Shown here piece by piece: positions 37,449-47,921 of a stretch of DNA of 64,000 nt; the stretch's first letter is position 1; each line of letters starts with the position of its first letter. Both the position numbers and the translations under genes were made by a program. The notes below the pieces were generated by a model, which had not been told where the DNA came from, did not search any database, and saw only the letters and a program-made list of their open reading frames with translations. Where the stretch lies: assembly GCA_963807165.1 (NCBI GenBank), contig CAWDZM010000001.1, forward strand, positions 119,963-183,962, read 5' to 3'. Source of the DNA: an uncultured bacterium (lineage in GTDB: Bacteria; Patescibacteriota; Minisyncoccia; UBA6257; 2-01-FULL-56-20).

Positions 37449-39363
37449 ACGATCATCTGAAAATCCGATACTCATTCCGGATGCGTCTTTGGCGTGGGAA
37501 GCAGAAGCGGCGTTCAACCCGTCGGTAGTGGGCGGTCGCGACGGCAAAGTGCATATGCTTTTTCGCGCCGCCGGTATAAAACAAAATATTGCCGGCGCCG
37601 AAGTGGAAGTTTCAACCATCGGCCATGCGATAGGTAAAAACGCGATAGATTTTGGTAGTGAGCGGGAGCAGCTTGTTGTACCAGTCGAATCATGGGAACG
37701 GTACGGATGTGAGGATCCGCGGGTGACAGAGTTCGAGGGAAGGTATTATATTTTTTATACCGCGGTTTCAGATTTCTCTGCGGACGGCATCAAGGTGGCG
37801 GTTGCCATCACAAAAGATCTTAAAACGATAGACGAGCGGCATCTCGTGACACCGTTCAACGCAAAAGCTATGGCGCTTTTCCCTGAGCGCATCGGTGGCA
37901 AGATCGCCGCGCTCGTCACGGTAAACACCGACCGGCCGCCGGCAAAGATCGCTGTGGCATTTTTTGATCGCGTGGAAGATATATGGTCCAAGGAATATTG
38001 GGATGTGTGGTACAAAGATTTTGAGCACCATGTGATCGATATTGAGCAGAATGAGAAAGATCAGATCGAGGTAGGATCCGCGCCGCTCAAGACCAAGGAT
38101 GGTTGGCTCATCTTCTATTCCTATATCTATAACTATTTTGCTCCGCCGCCGATATTCGGCATCCAGGCGGCGCTGCTTGATTTGAATGATCCACAGAAGA
38201 TCGTTGGTGAAGTAAAGCGACCGTTTATTGTGCCGCAAGAGGAGTACGAATTCTATGGTCGCGTACCGCACGTTGTTTTCCCGTCAGGCGCGCTCATCCG
38301 CGCCGCGGATGTGTATCTCTATTATGGCGCGACGGATACGACCTCGTGCGTGGCGACGTTCAAAAAAAAGGAACTTCTGGAACAATTGGTGTTCACGGCA
38401 AAGCGGCAGCTACGTCGTTTTGAAAAAAATCCCATCATTACGCCGATGCCGGAACATGCGTGGGAGTCAAAGGCGACGTTCAACCCTGCCGCGATCTATG
38501 AAGGCGGTATTGTTCATATTCTGTATCGCGCAATGTCGGAGGATAATACGTCGGTGATCGGCTATGCATCGTCGCCGGACGGTGTGGACATCACTGAACG
38601 ATTGCCCGACCCTATCTACACGCCGCGCGCAGACTTTGAGCAGAAGAAAAATCCTGGCGGCAACTCTGGTTGTGAAGATCCGCGCATCACGAAGATCGGC
38701 GAGCGCATCTATATGTGCTATACCGCGTACGACGGCGTTGACGCGCCCCGCGTCGCATTCACTTCTATTGACGCAAATGATTTTGTGGCGCATCAATGGA
38801 AGTGGACACCGCCGCTATTGATCTCGCCGCCCGGCATGGATGACAAGGATGCTGCAGTGTTTCCAAAGAAGATCGGCGGGAAATATATCTTCCTCCATCG
38901 GCTCGGTTCGGAGATCTGGATCGATCGCGTGGATGACCTCGAATTTAACAATGGAAAATTTTTGGGTGGTGAAGTGTTGATGCATCCGCGCGATACCGCA
39001 TGGGATTCCAAACGCATCGGCATCTCCGCACCGCCGATCGAAACAAAGTACGGATGGCTCCTTTTATATCATGGCATCTCCAAGCGCAGCGGGTATTATA
39101 CTGTTCGCGCCGCGTTGCTCGATCTTAAAGACCCCTCAAAGATCTTATATCGCACGCACGATCCACTACTCGAACCCACGCTCACATATGAACGCCAGGG
39201 GATTGTTTCGAACGTTGTATTCCCGTGCGGTGCCGTCGTTCTGCGGCATCAGCTATATATCTATTATGGTGGCGCGGATAAAGTGGTGGGCGTGGCATCC
39301 ATCGATATCGATTTTCTTATCGAGGGACTCGTGAAGGAAGCAAAGATGGGAGGGAGTGGATAA
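37435..39363 (+). CDS. GH130-family protein with two tandem domains
   Basis: FNP...GCEDPR...VVFP...YYG(A/G) motif set occurs twice. Confidence 0.88.
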   Translation: MAGAKRSSENPILIPDASLAWEAEAAFNPSVVGGRDGKVHMLFRAAGIKQNIAGAEVEVSTIGHAIGKNAIDFGSEREQLVVPVESWERYGCEDPRVTEFEGRYYIFYTAVSDFSADGIKVAVAITKDLKTIDERHLVTPFNAKAMALFPERIGGKIAALVTVNTDRPPAKIAVAFFDRVEDIWSKEYWDVWYKDFEHHVIDIEQNEKDQIEVGSAPLKTKDGWLIFYSYIYNYFAPPPIFGIQAALLDLNDPQKIVGEVKRPFIVPQEEYEFYGRVPHVVFPSGALIRAADVYLYYGATDTTSCVATFKKKELLEQLVFTAKRQLRRFEKNPIITPMPEHAWESKATFNPAAIYEGGIVHILYRAMSEDNTSVIGYASSPDGVDITERLPDPIYTPRADFEQKKNPGGNSGCEDPRITKIGERIYMCYTAYDGVDAPRVAFTSIDANDFVAHQWKWTPPLLISPPGMDDKDAAVFPKKIGGKYIFLHRLGSEIWIDRVDDLEFNNGKFLGGEVLMHPRDTAWDSKRIGISAPPIETKYGWLLLYHGISKRSGYYTVRAALLDLKDPSKILYRTHDPLLEPTLTYERQGIVSNVVFPCGAVVLRHQLYIYYGGADKVVGVASIDIDFLIEGLVKEAKMGGSG

Positions 39364-39458
39364 ATGGTTATCCACCATTGACGCTTCACGCCCCTCCGCG
39401 CTAAAATAGTTAAGTAACCTAATAGTTATATTTTCTAATATCGCTTGATAGTATTGAT

Positions 39459-39890
39459 ATGGCACAAAAACCCGCAACAATGGAAGAGCTCGTATCGCAC
39501 ATGTTCATCATGGGGCGGCTGATGCGCGATAAGATGCATAAGAATATCAGCACGGGACAGTGCTCGCTGTTGGAATTTGAGACGCTTAAATATGTAAAGG
39601 ACGTGGGCCGGCCGCATATGAGGGATGTGGCAAAGAATTTTCATGTAACACCGCCTGCGGCAACGCTCCTCATAGACTCACTCGTAAAGGCAAGATTACT
39701 CGCGCGGGTGCTGGATCCAAAGGATCGTCGTTCGGTGCGGGTAAGCGTCACGCTAAAGGGAAGGCAACTACTCGAGCGGGGGATGGCAAAGAAAGTAAAC
39801 GAGATAAAGAAAGTTTTCGGTTCGCTCACTCCTGCCGAGCGCACACATTTCGTCGTAGTACTTAAAAAAATAATTAAAAATAATCTATAA
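39459..39890 (+). CDS. MarR-family regulator
   Basis: DPKDRRSVRVSVTLKG; upstream of an efflux operon. Confidence 0.92.
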   Translation: MAQKPATMEELVSHMFIMGRLMRDKMHKNISTGQCSLLEFETLKYVKDVGRPHMRDVAKNFHVTPPAATLLIDSLVKARLLARVLDPKDRRSVRVSVTLKGRQLLERGMAKKVNEIKKVFGSLTPAERTHFVVVLKKIIKNNL

Positions 39891-39898
39891 CGCCCCCC

Positions 39899-41413
39899 AT
39901 GAAAACATTCTTTTCAACATATTATAAATGGATAGCGGTCGTGGCGTTGGTGCTCGTCGCGGCTGGTGTATGGTGGTACGTCGGCTCCGCAACGCCGCCG
40001 ACATTCGGCCAGGTTACCGTGGCTAGAGGAAATGTTGTTCAATCGGTGGATGAGGCCGGAACGGTGCTCGCCGAAAATAGCGCGGCAGTTTCATTCCAGG
40101 AACCAGGGCAGATCGCGCATGTCTATGTAAGCGAAGGCAGTCAGGTGCAGGCTGGAGCAGTACTCGCGGATCTTGATTCGGCACAGCTTAATGCGGCGGT
40201 GGAACAGGCGAATGCCGGCCTCGCGGCCGCGCAGGCACAGCTTGGCCAGCTCGCAAGCGGTACCCGCCCGGAGCAATTGACTATTGATGAGAGCGCGGTC
40301 GCGAGTGCGGATCAATCGCTCGGCATCGCGGTCGGGAACGCATACAGTGCATCGGATGATGCGGTGCGTAACCAGCTCGACAATATGTTTACAAACCCGA
40401 ATTCCGAAAGTCCGGTGTTTGTGGTGCAGGGTGGGAACGGCCAATCCAATAATCCAGGAACGATAAATAATATCCAGAATAATCGCGTGCAGATCGGGGT
40501 CGCGCTTGGAGAGTGGTATACGGCATTGAATGCATCCAGCTCCAACGTGGACTCTACAACGTTTTCGGCAACTGCCACCACCGACCTTGAACAGATTGAA
40601 TCGTACATCAATCAAATCGCCCTCGTAGTGAACGGTGCGACAAGCGGCTCGACGCTTTCTCCTGCGGCCATCGCGCAGTACAAGGCAAATATTGCAACCG
40701 CTCGCGCGGAGATAGAGGCATCCATCAGTGCTGTTTCCGGGGATCAATCGGCATTAACCGCGGCGGAGAACGTGCTTACGCTTGCGCAAGCGGGAGCGAC
40801 GCCCCAGCAGATCGCAACGCAGCAGGCAGTCGTCGCACAAGCGCAGGCGGCCGCGGCGAGCGCACAGGTGGCGCTCAATAACGCATCGCTCGTCGCACCA
40901 TTCTCTGGAACAGTACAGAATCTGACCGCGCAGGTAGGCCAGGTGGTATCGCCCGGCGTGCCGATGATGTCGCTCATCAACAATAGCGGATTAAAGATCC
41001 AAACGTACGTTTCTGAGAAAGATGTGGCAAATATAAAAACGGGTGAGGTGGCAGACGTGACCCTCGATGCTTTTGGCACTGGCACGATATTTCCCGCGAC
41101 GGTGACCACGGTGGACGCGGCACAGACGCAGGTGAATGGTTCGGCGGCATATCTGGTAACACTGCATTTCACCAATCCGAACGGCCAGATAAAAGATGGC
41201 ATGACAGGAAATGTTCATATCGTCGAAGCGGAGCACGATAACGTGGTTGAGGTGCCAAGCAATGTGGTGGTCAATGACGGCAATAATTATTTTGTGCTGA
41301 TGCAAAAAGGAGGGAGTGCCATACAAGAACCGGTGACGATAGGACTCGTAGGGAGCAGTACGACAGAGATCACTTCGGGGTTGAATCCTGGCGATGTAAT
41401 AAATAATTTTTAA
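39899..41413 (+). CDS. Efflux periplasmic adaptor subunit
   Basis: VSEGSQVQAG / APFSGTV lipoyl motifs, coiled coil, KDGMTG. Confidence 0.88.
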   Translation: MKTFFSTYYKWIAVVALVLVAAGVWWYVGSATPPTFGQVTVARGNVVQSVDEAGTVLAENSAAVSFQEPGQIAHVYVSEGSQVQAGAVLADLDSAQLNAAVEQANAGLAAAQAQLGQLASGTRPEQLTIDESAVASADQSLGIAVGNAYSASDDAVRNQLDNMFTNPNSESPVFVVQGGNGQSNNPGTINNIQNNRVQIGVALGEWYTALNASSSNVDSTTFSATATTDLEQIESYINQIALVVNGATSGSTLSPAAIAQYKANIATARAEIEASISAVSGDQSALTAAENVLTLAQAGATPQQIATQQAVVAQAQAAAASAQVALNNASLVAPFSGTVQNLTAQVGQVVSPGVPMMSLINNSGLKIQTYVSEKDVANIKTGEVADVTLDAFGTGTIFPATVTTVDAAQTQVNGSAAYLVTLHFTNPNGQIKDGMTGNVHIVEAEHDNVVEVPSNVVVNDGNNYFVLMQKGGSAIQEPVTIGLVGSSTTEITSGLNPGDVINNF

Positions 41414-41418
41414 CGATC

Positions 41419-42069
41419 ATGTCCGAGAACGAACAAAAAAAATCAGGGGGTAGCCGTGCAAAACTCATCACGTGGATCATAGCGATTCTTGTCATCGTCG
41501 GTGGTGCAGGCGCCGGACTCTATTATTATGTGTCCTCAAAAACGGTCTACATCGATCTCTCGCAGATCCAGGCACCACTCATCAACCTTTCGCCGACGAA
41601 TTCCGGTGTGTTGCAGGCGCTCTATGTGAATCCCGGCGATACGGTGACAGCGAATGAGCCGGTGGCATTGGTGGGTAATGAGGTGGTGGAAGCGCAGACA
41701 GCAGGTGAGATCGTTACGACCAACAATAATATCGGGCAATTTATGAACACGCTGACCGGACAGGGGACAGTGGCGACGATGATCGATCCAACCCAGCTCC
41801 GCGTGGTCGGCAACCTCGATGAGAATAAGGGATTGAGTAATATAAAGATCGGTGATTCGGCGACGTTTACCGTGGATGCGTTCGGTGGCCAGGTGTTCAA
41901 GGGTGTCGTGGATGAAGTGGCGCCAACATCCGAACAGAGCGATGTGGTATTCAATATCTCCGATGCTCGCCCCACGAATCAATTCGCCGTGTATGTACGC
42001 TTTGATCCGACCCAATATCCTCAACTGAAGAACGGCATGTCGGCCAGAATTTGGGTGTACACGCAGTAG
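41419..42069 (+). CDS. Short HlyD/EmrA-like adaptor lacking the helical hairpin
   Basis: TM helix, lipoyl halves adjacent, VDAF, LKNGMSA. Confidence 0.75.
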   Translation: MSENEQKKSGGSRAKLITWIIAILVIVGGAGAGLYYYVSSKTVYIDLSQIQAPLINLSPTNSGVLQALYVNPGDTVTANEPVALVGNEVVEAQTAGEIVTTNNNIGQFMNTLTGQGTVATMIDPTQLRVVGNLDENKGLSNIKIGDSATFTVDAFGGQVFKGVVDEVAPTSEQSDVVFNISDARPTNQFAVYVRFDPTQYPQLKNGMSARIWVYTQ

Positions 42070-42072
42070 CCA

Positions 42073-43581
42073 GTGGCAGAAGTAATAGGAGAAGTAAAAA
42101 AAGACAGAAGCAACCTGCGTTGGTGGGTGCTCGGTACTGTCATCTTCGGAACATTTTTGGGCCGTCTCGATCAGACGGTGGTCAACCTTGCACTCCCAAA
42201 GATCATTGGCGATTTTAGTATCAGCGTCTCGGATGCGGCGTGGATCTCCACGGCGTATATTTTGGCGAACGCGGTGTTCGTCCCCGTATGGGGGAAATTG
42301 GGAGATACCGCTGGGCGAAAAAAAATCTACCTGATCGGTTTCATCGGCTTTATTGTCGCATCGGCATTGTGTGCCATCGCATGGAATCTACCCTCGATGA
42401 TCATCTTCCGCGTCGTTCAAGGATTTGCCGTATCGGCAGACTATCCAACTGCCATGGCGATCATCGCAATCACTTTTACCGATATGAAGGAGCGCGCACA
42501 GGCGCTCGGTATTTGGTCCGCGGGATTCGCGGTGGCATCGGTATTTGGTCCGCTTATCGGCGGTCCGCTTATCGACAATTTTAATTGGCGTTCGGTCTTC
42601 TTCATCAATATTCCGCTCGGCATCATCGGGTTATTCTTGGCGCTCACATTTATCGATGAATCCGTGGGAGTTAAACGCAGCGCAAAATTCGACTGGTGGG
42701 GTGCAAGTACGCTTGGCGCCGCGCTCTTTACACTCACCCTTGTGCTCGATCAAGGGCAGACATGGGGATGGTTATCGCTTGCCAGTGTCGCATGTTATAT
42801 AGGCACGATCGCGTTCAGCTTTTTGTTCTATGAGATCGAGACGCGACAAGATGAGCCTATCGTGGACTTCAAATTCTTCAAGATACCGGCGTTTGTCTAT
42901 ACGTTGCTCAATAACTTTATCGTCTTTATGGCGCTCATCGGAGCCATCTTCCTCATTCCAATCTTTGCGGAAACCTTTTTAGGATATGACGCCACGCAGA
43001 CCGGCTATCTTTTTTTACCCCTCGCCATATCCCTCATGATCGCCGCACCACTCGGTGGCCGTTTGATCGGCAAGGTAAAGCCAAGCTATGTTATTTTCCT
43101 CAGTACTTTCTTCTGTGGCTTTGGTATTCTGCTGCTTTCACTCATCGATCCGCGCTCGACGGCAATCGATATTATGATCCCGATGAGTATCATGGCCTTT
43201 TCCCTCGGTTTCGGTATGGCGCAACGTACCAACCTGGTTGCCGTCGTCGTGCCACAAAATGAGATCGGCGAAGCGTCCGCGATCCTCGCCCTCGTGCGCA
43301 ACATCTCCGGCGCATTCGGCGTGGCGATCTTCAGCACGATCCTTGATAATTCTATCAATGGAAATGTTTTCAAGATTGCCCAACAGAGCATTTTGAATGG
43401 ATCCGGGAGGCAGTTGATGGAAGAGTTCACCAGTCTTATTATTCTCAAAGCACAGGTGGCGGGGTATGCCACCGTATTCGAAGTGGCAGCAATCATTGTG
43501 ATACTCGGATCATTCACTGCATTACTCATCAATGTTCCTAAAGAAGCGATCAATGCCGCGCACCACGTCGTGGCGGAATAA
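42073..43581 (+). CDS. DHA2 (EmrB/QacA) MFS efflux permease
   Basis: LDQTVVNLALP, GKLGDTAGRKK, GPLIGG, WRSVFFINIP. Confidence 0.93.
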   Translation: MAEVIGEVKKDRSNLRWWVLGTVIFGTFLGRLDQTVVNLALPKIIGDFSISVSDAAWISTAYILANAVFVPVWGKLGDTAGRKKIYLIGFIGFIVASALCAIAWNLPSMIIFRVVQGFAVSADYPTAMAIIAITFTDMKERAQALGIWSAGFAVASVFGPLIGGPLIDNFNWRSVFFINIPLGIIGLFLALTFIDESVGVKRSAKFDWWGASTLGAALFTLTLVLDQGQTWGWLSLASVACYIGTIAFSFLFYEIETRQDEPIVDFKFFKIPAFVYTLLNNFIVFMALIGAIFLIPIFAETFLGYDATQTGYLFLPLAISLMIAAPLGGRLIGKVKPSYVIFLSTFFCGFGILLLSLIDPRSTAIDIMIPMSIMAFSLGFGMAQRTNLVAVVVPQNEIGEASAILALVRNISGAFGVAIFSTILDNSINGNVFKIAQQSILNGSGRQLMEEFTSLIILKAQVAGYATVFEVAAIIVILGSFTALLINVPKEAINAAHHVVAE

Positions 43582-43606
43582 CATATTTTTTTATAGAATC
43601 ATTTTC

Positions 43607-44719
43607 ATGCCTATCATTCTTATCCTGACACTGATCGTTTTTGAGGTTCTCCTTATTATCGTCCACCTGGCCGTATACGCTACGCTCGTTGCGGCTTTTG
43701 GTATTGGTGGCATGTGGCTCAAAGTTCTGTTCGTCGCATTGGCACTCACGTTTGTTTCGGCGTCAGCGCTTTCGCATTTTTATAAAAGCGAAATTTTGGA
43801 TCGCTATTATCAGTTTTCCGCATATTGGTTTGGGCTGGTGCATTTTCTCTTCGGCGCGGCAGTGATATTTTATTTCACATTGAATATTTTTTATGCACAT
43901 GGCGTGTATATTTCTCCGGCGCTCGTCGGCGGGATCTGTTTTGGCGCCGCATTCCTTTTACATCTCTATGGCACTGTGCACAGCCAGTGTCCGAAGGTTG
44001 TCCGGGTAAAGATTCCATTCTCATCATTGCCTGGATTCCGCGCCGATTTTTGGAAAGATAAAAAAATTGTGTTTGTGAGCGATTTCCAGCTGGGAAATAT
44101 TTATAGACAGAATTTCACCGCGCGGGTGGCACAAAAGATCGCCGTGCTCGATCCGTATGCCGTGCTGATCGGCGGTGATCTGTACGATGGCGTTGTTTGC
44201 AATGAAGCAAAGTTGATCGAGCCGTTGCGCTCTCTGCATCCCACGGGCGGTGTCTATATGATCACCGGCAATCACGAATATTATTTGCCCGACGTCCCGC
44301 GCGCACTTGATGCGATTCGCGCGGCGGGGATTACTGTGTTGGATGATAAGAAAATAGATATCGGTGGCATCGACCTCATCGGCGTCGATTATCGATCGTC
44401 ACATAAGCGCGATGATTTTAAAAATACCCTCGCACGGATTGGTGTTGATCGCACGCGGCCGAGCATTCTTCTTAAGCACGAGCCGATCGATCTCGACGTC
44501 GCTGCCGACGCCGGTGTATCGCTCGACCTCTCGGGCCACACGCACCACGGGCAAATATTCCCGCTTATGTTCTTTACCTGGCAGATCTATAAAGGATTCG
44601 ACTATGGATTAAAACATCACGGCGTGATGCAGGTTTTTACCTCCAGCGGCGCAGGCACGTGGGGTCCACCCCTCCGGCTTGGCACAAAATCGGAGATTGT
44701 CCTTATTGAATTTGTATAA
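43607..44719 (+). CDS. Membrane metallophosphoesterase (YkuE-like)
   Basis: SDFQ, GGDLYD, GNHE, LKHEP, SGHTHHGQ, SSGAGTWGPP. Confidence 0.9.
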   Translation: MPIILILTLIVFEVLLIIVHLAVYATLVAAFGIGGMWLKVLFVALALTFVSASALSHFYKSEILDRYYQFSAYWFGLVHFLFGAAVIFYFTLNIFYAHGVYISPALVGGICFGAAFLLHLYGTVHSQCPKVVRVKIPFSSLPGFRADFWKDKKIVFVSDFQLGNIYRQNFTARVAQKIAVLDPYAVLIGGDLYDGVVCNEAKLIEPLRSLHPTGGVYMITGNHEYYLPDVPRALDAIRAAGITVLDDKKIDIGGIDLIGVDYRSSHKRDDFKNTLARIGVDRTRPSILLKHEPIDLDVAADAGVSLDLSGHTHHGQIFPLMFFTWQIYKGFDYGLKHHGVMQVFTSSGAGTWGPPLRLGTKSEIVLIEFV

Positions 44720-44722
44720 ACT

Positions 44723-44796
44723 AAATAAAATAGGGATAGGTGTTGAGCGAGTGGACGTTCTTACGTCGGAGTGAAATATCTATCCCTATTTTATTT
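44723..44796. repeat. Family-1 palindromic element, copy 2 (reverse orientation)
   Basis: 22-bp arms with two G.U pairs; core 44745-44774, reverse complement TCACTCCGACGTAAGAACGTCCACTCGCTC. Confidence 0.9.
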
Positions 44797-45352
44797 TTGG
44801 CCGATGCAATAACATAAAGCACAATATGAGTGCGAATGCGGTCAGCGACATCGTCGGGATGGTGATGTAGCCGTACATAAGGAAATAGACATAAGAGCAC
44901 GTGGGACCGATTGCCGAGCAGGGGACGATCGCACCGCCGCCGAACTGAAGATACATATGATAGGCGGCGATGGGGAATCCGATCGCAGAAAGAATAAGGC
45001 ACGCTTTTTGGGTAAAGTTTTGGAATTTGCGCACGTGTTCTTCTTTACGCGCAAAGAGCGCGAGGAAGAGGATCACTGACTGCGTGTAGAGAAGTCCGCG
45101 CTGGATCCAGCAGAGCTCACACGGCGCAAAGTGCGCGAACTCGGAATAGAAGAGGCTTCCCGCCACACCGCCGGCGGCGACAAGGAGCGAAAGAAGTATG
45201 GCGCGATCTCCAGTCAACGATGCTATTTTTTTACCCCAGCGCGTTTCGCTCAGCGGCGTGAGGATGATCGCAAAAAGAAATACGATCGCGACATCAGCCG
45301 CGATGGTGCCAAGGGAAAGAACATTGGTAACAGCTTGGACGAAAGGGGTCAT
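44786..45352 (-). CDS. dsbB: Disulfide bond formation protein DsbB/BdbC
   Basis: GSLFYSE...PCELCWIQR, second Cys pair, YITIPTMSL. Confidence 0.88.
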   Translation of the reverse strand: MTPFVQAVTNVLSLGTIAADVAIVFLFAIILTPLSETRWGKKIASLTGDRAILLSLLVAAGGVAGSLFYSEFAHFAPCELCWIQRGLLYTQSVILFLALFARKEEHVRKFQNFTQKACLILSAIGFPIAAYHMYLQFGGGAIVPCSAIGPTCSYVYFLMYGYITIPTMSLTAFALILCFMLLHRPKIK

Positions 45353-45394
45353 AAAAAGATATTAAAAGTAGATTAATTATATCACAGCGCGCCG

Positions 45395-45805
45395 TTACAG
45401 CGTGCAGCCGGTTTTTGCCGCGAGCGTCGCAGGGGTTTGCACGCCGACAAGGCGCGAGCCATCGGCAAAAACCCACGTCGGATATTGCACGATATCGTGA
45501 TCGATACACACCTGCGTTTGCCCAGAGCCGCTGGGAAGTGAGCACTCAACATACGGGAGATATTGTGCTCCGGTGCCGAACTTTGTCTTCTGTGCCTCGC
45601 AATGCGGGCACCAGAACGCACCATAGAACGTGGTGCTGCTTTGTGCGATGCATTTTGCGAGCGAATCATATTCATGGGCTGGCGGCGGCAGTCCCTGCCA
45701 ATATACAAACGCGCCGAGCGCGACACAAATAGCGAGCATCACCCAGATGGAAATCCGAATCCGCCGCAGGCTGCGTTTTTGTTCTTCGGTAGCACCCTTC
45801 ACCAT
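45395..45805 (-). CDS. Membrane-anchored thioredoxin-fold protein
   Basis: FYGAFWCPHC...YVEC...YPTW. Confidence 0.88.
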   Translation of the reverse strand: MVKGATEEQKRSLRRIRISIWVMLAICVALGAFVYWQGLPPPAHEYDSLAKCIAQSSTTFYGAFWCPHCEAQKTKFGTGAQYLPYVECSLPSGSGQTQVCIDHDIVQYPTWVFADGSRLVGVQTPATLAAKTGCTL

Positions 45806-45887
45806 TGGTTAATCGTACTACTTTTTATAACGTGGTGGAAATGGGATAATGAAATAAATCAATTTTCATGCTGTATTAGATTTACAG

Positions 45888-46472
45888 GTGCCTACCAATC
45901 ATATGCCGGAACTATCAGCAGACATAGAAAAGAATGACGAAGAGATAGCGATGCTGGTGCAAAAGGGAAATGTAGAGTCGTTCCGCGTTTTAGTGGAGCG
46001 GTATGAACCGAAGATGACGCGGTATGCCAAGCGGTTCTTTTTTGATGGTGACGATGGCAAAGACCTCGTGCAAGAGGTCTTTATAAAGGCGTATGTGAAC
46101 ATCAAAAGTTTTGACGTCTCCCGGCGCTTCTCGCCATGGATCTACCGCATTGCACATAACGAGTTTGTTAATAATATCAAACGGCGGCAAAGGGATCGGG
46201 ATACCACCTCGGTCTTTGATTTCGACGTGTTATTTCCTCATTTAACGGCAAAGGAGACCGCGGATGATGGATCCAATAAAGCAGAACTGAAGCAGATGCT
46301 CGAGAAGTCTCTTGATATGCTAAACGAAAAATATAAAGAACCCCTCGTGTTGTATTATTTTGAAGATATGGATTATAAAGAGATCGCAGATATTCTGCAT
46401 ATTCCGATATCAACGGTCGGCGTGCGTTTACAGCGGGGGAGGGCAATGTTAAAAAAAATCGTCAAGGAATAA
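45888..46472 (+). CDS. ECF RNA polymerase sigma factor
   Basis: DLVQEVFIKAY, FSPWIYRIAHN, YKEIADIL...TVGVRLQRG. Confidence 0.92.
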   Translation: MPTNHMPELSADIEKNDEEIAMLVQKGNVESFRVLVERYEPKMTRYAKRFFFDGDDGKDLVQEVFIKAYVNIKSFDVSRRFSPWIYRIAHNEFVNNIKRRQRDRDTTSVFDFDVLFPHLTAKETADDGSNKAELKQMLEKSLDMLNEKYKEPLVLYYFEDMDYKEIADILHIPISTVGVRLQRGRAMLKKIVKE

Positions 46473-46487
46473 TACTATAGTAAAAAA

Positions 46488-47177
46488 ATGGAAAACAGTG
46501 AGGAGATCATCAATACCATACAGAGCGGCGAGGCAAAGATGCATTCGCAGGCTTACTTTGTCGTGCAAGCGGTGCTTGCGATCATCGCCGCGCTCGTACT
46601 CTTCTTCCTTATCGTTTTCATCGCCACGTTCATCATCTTTGCCCTTCAGCAAAATGGCGGATTCTTTGCGACGAACTTCGGGTTGGGCGGTTGGGCAATA
46701 TTCTTGGAATCATTGCCGTGGGTAATTTTTCTTCTCTCCATCGCGCTCTTACTCATTCTGTGGCTGCTCCTGCGGCGCTACTCAGTTGTTTATCATCAGC
46801 CGGTGCTCTACACATTGCTTATCCTTATTGTTGCTATAGGGCTCATCGCAGTTTTCCTATTCCCGGATTCTATCCACGGCGGCATTCTCCGTTACGCATC
46901 AAGGAATCAAATGCCGATCGTGGCGGGAGTGTATGAATTTGAAACCGCCCCAATGAGCGGAATCTATCGCGGCCAGGTGGTTGTGCTTGCGACGAGCAGC
47001 TTTATCCTTGGAAATTCGCTTGGACAGACTTCAACCGTGCTCATTGTGCCGCCCTCTAGCGCATCATCGGAGCTCGGTGATATCGAGCCGGGGAATTACG
47101 TCATTATTTTTGGCCACGGTGTTGCAACCGCCACCATTGAGGCCTCGGGCGTAGAGAAAATCGTAGATTACGAGTAA
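46488..47177 (+). CDS. Membrane protein, putative anti-sigma factor
   Basis: Three TM helices plus a C-terminal beta domain, following the ECF sigma gene. Confidence 0.65.
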   Translation: MENSEEIINTIQSGEAKMHSQAYFVVQAVLAIIAALVLFFLIVFIATFIIFALQQNGGFFATNFGLGGWAIFLESLPWVIFLLSIALLLILWLLLRRYSVVYHQPVLYTLLILIVAIGLIAVFLFPDSIHGGILRYASRNQMPIVAGVYEFETAPMSGIYRGQVVVLATSSFILGNSLGQTSTVLIVPPSSASSELGDIEPGNYVIIFGHGVATATIEASGVEKIVDYE

Positions 47178-47341
47178 GTGAAAGAAAGGAATTGAGGAGG
47201 TGTATTAAGTGATGAGCAGCAAAGGTCACAAATCAATAAAAAAATATGCCTATGGTCCGCTTTGGGCGGAGTGAATAAAACCAATAAAAAAATATCATGC
47301 ATAAATAGAGCAAACCCTCCCTCGCTTTCGACCCGAGTGGA

Positions 47342-47462
47342 GGGTTGCTGTTTATCCTGGCTCTTGAAAGGACGGCGTTCCGGCCTGCTGACCGGCCGCC
47401 TTGGCTCTCAGCGCCTTCGCGCTTCCGAGACACCTTTCAAAAGCCAGGATAAGCAGCAACCC
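47342..47462. repeat. Family-2 palindromic element, copy C
   Basis: 30-bp arms 47342-47371 / 47433-47462 with two differences around the conserved core. Confidence 0.85.
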
Positions 47463-47489
47463 ATCCCACGCTAGTGTTATAATTAAAAG

Positions 47490-47882
47490 ATGCTTGGAAG
47501 AGATTATATCGCACCCTATTGCGCAATTCTTTTTGTATTTGCGGTTGCAAGCATTTGGTTTGGCCGGGTTGGACATTTTTTCTACGCTTCTTTAGCGGGT
47601 TGTATCATCTATTCTTCCTTATTAATATGGTTTCTACTTCCTTTTATAAAACAAAAATTGCCAATTATTATAGGTAGGTCTCTTTTTCGTATTGCGAAAG
47701 TCGTAGAAGGTTGGGATGCTATTTTCCTTTCTCTGATATTTTTAGTTCCCCTAATAGCAGCCGGGGTGGTAATCGAGATTCTTTTTCCGATTAACATCTA
47801 TAGCTTTCTTATCTCCCTTCCCATCGGAGGAGGCGTGAGCTATTGGTTTTTTTCTAAAACAACGGCCGTAAAGCCTTTTTAA
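47490..47882 (+). CDS. Hypothetical membrane protein
   Basis: About four hydrophobic helices; AT-rich. Confidence 0.55.
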   Translation: MLGRDYIAPYCAILFVFAVASIWFGRVGHFFYASLAGCIIYSSLLIWFLLPFIKQKLPIIIGRSLFRIAKVVEGWDAIFLSLIFLVPLIAAGVVIEILFPINIYSFLISLPIGGGVSYWFFSKTTAVKPF

Positions 47883-47921
47883 GATAGCTATTATCGGCTA
47901 TCTGTGTTACGGTTAGCCCAT

